From Octopus vulgaris (lineage: Eukaryota), in NCBI GenBank assembly GCA_951406725.2, contig OX597827.1:77748001-77812000 (forward strand): a stretch of DNA of 64,000 bases, given 5' to 3'. Positions 61,016-64,000 of the stretch are shown in pieces (positions within the stretch are counted from its first letter, which is position 1; every line of letters begins with the position of its first letter). Made by a program: the position numbers and the translations under genes. Below the pieces are notes generated by a model, which searched no databases, had not been told where the DNA came from, and saw only the letters and a list, made by a program, of their open reading frames with translations.

Positions 61016-61330
61016 CTCTTTTACTTGTTTCAGTCATTTGACTGCGGCCATGCTGGAGCAACGCTTTTAGTCGAGCAAATCGACCCCAGGACTTATTCTT
61101 TGTAAGCCTAGTGCTTATTCTATCGGTCTTTTTGCCGAACTGCTAAGTTACGGGGACATAAACACTGACACACAAACATATACACACACATACATATATA
61201 TACATATATAGGACAGGCTTCTTTCAGTTTCCATCTACCAAATCCACTCACAAGGCTTTGGTCGGCCTGAGGCTATAGTAGAAGACACTTGCTCAAGGTG
61301 CCATGCAGTGGGACTGAACCCAGAACCATA
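61016..61330 (-). mobile_element. SINE family A, 5'-truncated and internally deleted
   Basis: Reverse-complement match. Confidence 0.8.
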
Positions 61331-61614
61331 TGTATGTAAAAATTGCTTATATTTCTACAATAAACGAAATATTTTCACAATTTTTTTAATACAATTCTTT
61401 ATAATATTTAAATATAAAAATACAATAGGATCTTTTTTAAGCACCCAAATGGCTATGGAGGTCCAGTAGAGTAAAATATGAATTAAAGGGATCCATAGGC
61501 AAAAAGTGTTATCTTATTTAGATAGTAGTCTAATTCAAGGGAGATTTAGTTGTCTTTTCTAGCAAATCAAGTATCCACATAGAGGAAACTCCCTTGTTAT
61601 CTTGCTTGAAGGTA

Positions 61615-61777
61615 GTGGTGGAAACGAGGAGTGTGGTATTGGTGGTGGTTGTGATGATGGTGGTGGTAAAGTTTATTGTGGTGTATGGTGGTGGTGGTGG
61701 TGGTGAGGTTAGCTGTGATGTTGGGTGATAATAGTAAAGTTGGACAACTGTGGTGGTGAAGGGTGTCGTTGTAGTAT

Positions 61778-61817
<40 letters not shown>

Positions 61818-61842
61818 GGTGGTGGTGGTGGTGGTGGTAGTC
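61615..61842. repeat. (GGT)n/(AGT)n trinucleotide tract
   Basis: Direct inspection. Confidence 0.92.
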
Positions 61843-62276
61843 ACAGCTACGAACTGTAACAATAATTCCACGGAGTGACCAACATAGAGGAGGCTATCCT
61901 CATTCTCTGATATTTTCTAAGTTTTTCCAGTGTTGTTGTCATTTAGCCCCAAGCAAGTTACGATCAAATACACCTATGATCAAAGATGCTCCAACCATGA
62001 CCACCCTGTCATTCATTCGGACATTGTATGTCTAGAATTATATTATGTTGTATTAATGTTAAAGTTGTTGTCGTGTTCCAGGTCAGCTTACCAAGATTTA
62101 TGATCAAAGGTATTCCTGGCATGACCATCCCACCTGTCTTTAAGGAAGATGCATAATGAGGACAGTAAAGCAAAATGCCCTTCCTTTTCAAAGCAGCAGG
62201 GTGCTATTTCTAACAAGAAACCGATTAGGGGCTACCTAGCCGTCAACCTAGTTGATCGGAATGCTTTTTTCTGGAC

Positions 62277-62584
62277 GGAATTTTGGAAGTAGCTGTCCTT
62301 CGAAGTCCCACATCTCGTGCAAAAGGAGTAAATGTGCAAAAAGAAAACCGGAATTTTTGCGAAAAAAACAACACAAATTTTTTTAGCATTGTGATTCTAT
62401 TGTACACAAGGATATTTCTTTTTAAATGTAAGGGAACATATAAACCAGCTTCCTAGACAATCTCTTTCTGAGGTATGGGAGTTCGAAGGGCAGCCATACC
62501 ATAATTCCGCAGAAAAAAAAAAAACCTACTTATTTCTCTTCCTAAGGGGTGTGGGACTTCGAAGGACAGCAACTGCAAAACTCC
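62277..62584. mobile_element. MITE-like element with inverted repeats
   Basis: Perfect 21-bp IR GCTGTCCTTCGAAGTCCCACA (62292-62312 / 62550-62570), third partial copy at ~62475. Confidence 0.6.
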
Positions 62585-62857
62585 AGTTGACTGCGCTACT
62601 TCTATAATGAATGTACCGACCAGGTAGGTAGGTAGGTAGGTCGGTACCTGGTGGCGTGAACTCTGGGTGGGTGTGTACTGTCTTAGATTATTATATATTG
62701 GACGGGAAAGTGTTGAAACAAACGACCAAGCTGGGAGTTTTAGTGTTCCAGACACAACAGAAAAGAATTGAAGTGGAATATCATTAGAATTATTCATGAA
62801 ATATTTTACTATGAAGAAGTCAGGCGTTTTATACACACACACATACACACTTGCGAG

Positions 62858-62898
<41 letters not shown>

Positions 62899-62934
62899 GT
62901 CTGTCTATCTATCTGTCTATCTATTTATCTATAG

Positions 62935-62978
<44 letters not shown>

Positions 62979-62983
62979 CCTAC

Positions 62984-63069
<86 letters not shown>

Positions 63070-63100
63070 GTCTATCTATCTATCTGTCTGTCTATCTATT
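62858..63100. repeat. (TATC)n microsatellite
   Basis: Direct inspection. Confidence 0.97.
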
Positions 63101-63443
63101 TATCAGTCTATCCATCTGTGTATGTGTGTGTACATATGTAAAATTAGACATAAAGACTAAAATATTAACGGCAAGAACATGTAATATGTGACATGTAGAA
63201 TATAATATTTTTATGAAGGAAAGGTTCACACACACATATGTACATGTGTATGTGTGTGTGTATATAAATATATATATATATATACATGTGTGTGTGTTTG
63301 TGTGTGCAGATTTGCAGGTAGATAAACATGCAAGTTAGTGTTAGTAAAGTGAGCATTAATTATCTAATTAGAAATCCTAATAATTAACGCAAGTGGTATA
63401 TACATACAAACGCACATATACATATACACAAACAAACACATAC

Positions 63444-63478
<35 letters not shown>

Positions 63479-63795
63479 CATGCACAATGCATGTGTGAAG
63501 CTGTACCAAGTACCAAACATTGTGCAACAGCTCCAGAAGATATGGTATGTGTGTGTGTATATATATGTGTATATATGTGTGTGTGTGGGTACAGAGTAGA
63601 GACAGACAGATGGTGGTAGTGACAGTAGTAGTAGTAGTAGTAGTAGTAGTAGCAGTAGTAGTAAAAAAACAACAGTAATGATGATGATGATGATGATGAC
63701 AACAGTAAAAATGATTCTCAAAACCATTTGAATATAATTTTATACAAACATGTACGTTACACACAGCATATGTATATATATATATATATATATTT

Positions 63796-63827
<32 letters not shown>

Positions 63828-63889
63828 GTATACATTTACTTATACACATGCATATACATATATATATAGATAGATGTGTGTATACACAA

Positions 63890-63933
<44 letters not shown>

Positions 63934-64000
63934 CTGAAATTAAAATATACTTACATTTTGTATATCAATACACACACATATATATAGTCATTTTAATACA

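Overview
AT-rich, microsatellite-saturated animal genomic DNA, most consistent with an octopod/coleoid cephalopod (inference from tRNA-derived CORE-type SINEs, TA/TG/TAGA microsatellites and intronless C2H2 zinc-finger ORFs). There are two genuine protein-coding genes, arranged convergently. The first is a 707-aa C2H2 zinc-finger protein (28635-30758, +) with 5 intact fingers, 1 broken finger, a Cys/His heptad repeat, poly-His and poly-Gln. The second is a ~1283-aa protein with 24 fingers (53992-50141, -). Nearly all other ORFs in the track are microsatellite, SINE or antisense artefacts. The rest of the window is transposon debris: several SINE-like families (labelled A-G here) showing module swapping and clear target-site duplications, RTE and CR1 LINE relics, a decayed Tc1/mariner transposase, and mariner, piggyBac and hAT MITEs. 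The most notable observations are (i) about ten type-I hammerhead-ribozyme-like motifs in Penelope-like repeats, including a family that couples a Pol III tRNA head to a hammerhead-bearing inverted terminal repeat; (ii) zinc-finger recognition helices that predict binding to trinucleotide microsatellites; (iii) a candidate splice donor overlapping the first gene's stop codon; and (iv) kb-scale fold-back structures. All calls were made by eye, and repeat boundaries without TSDs are approximate.
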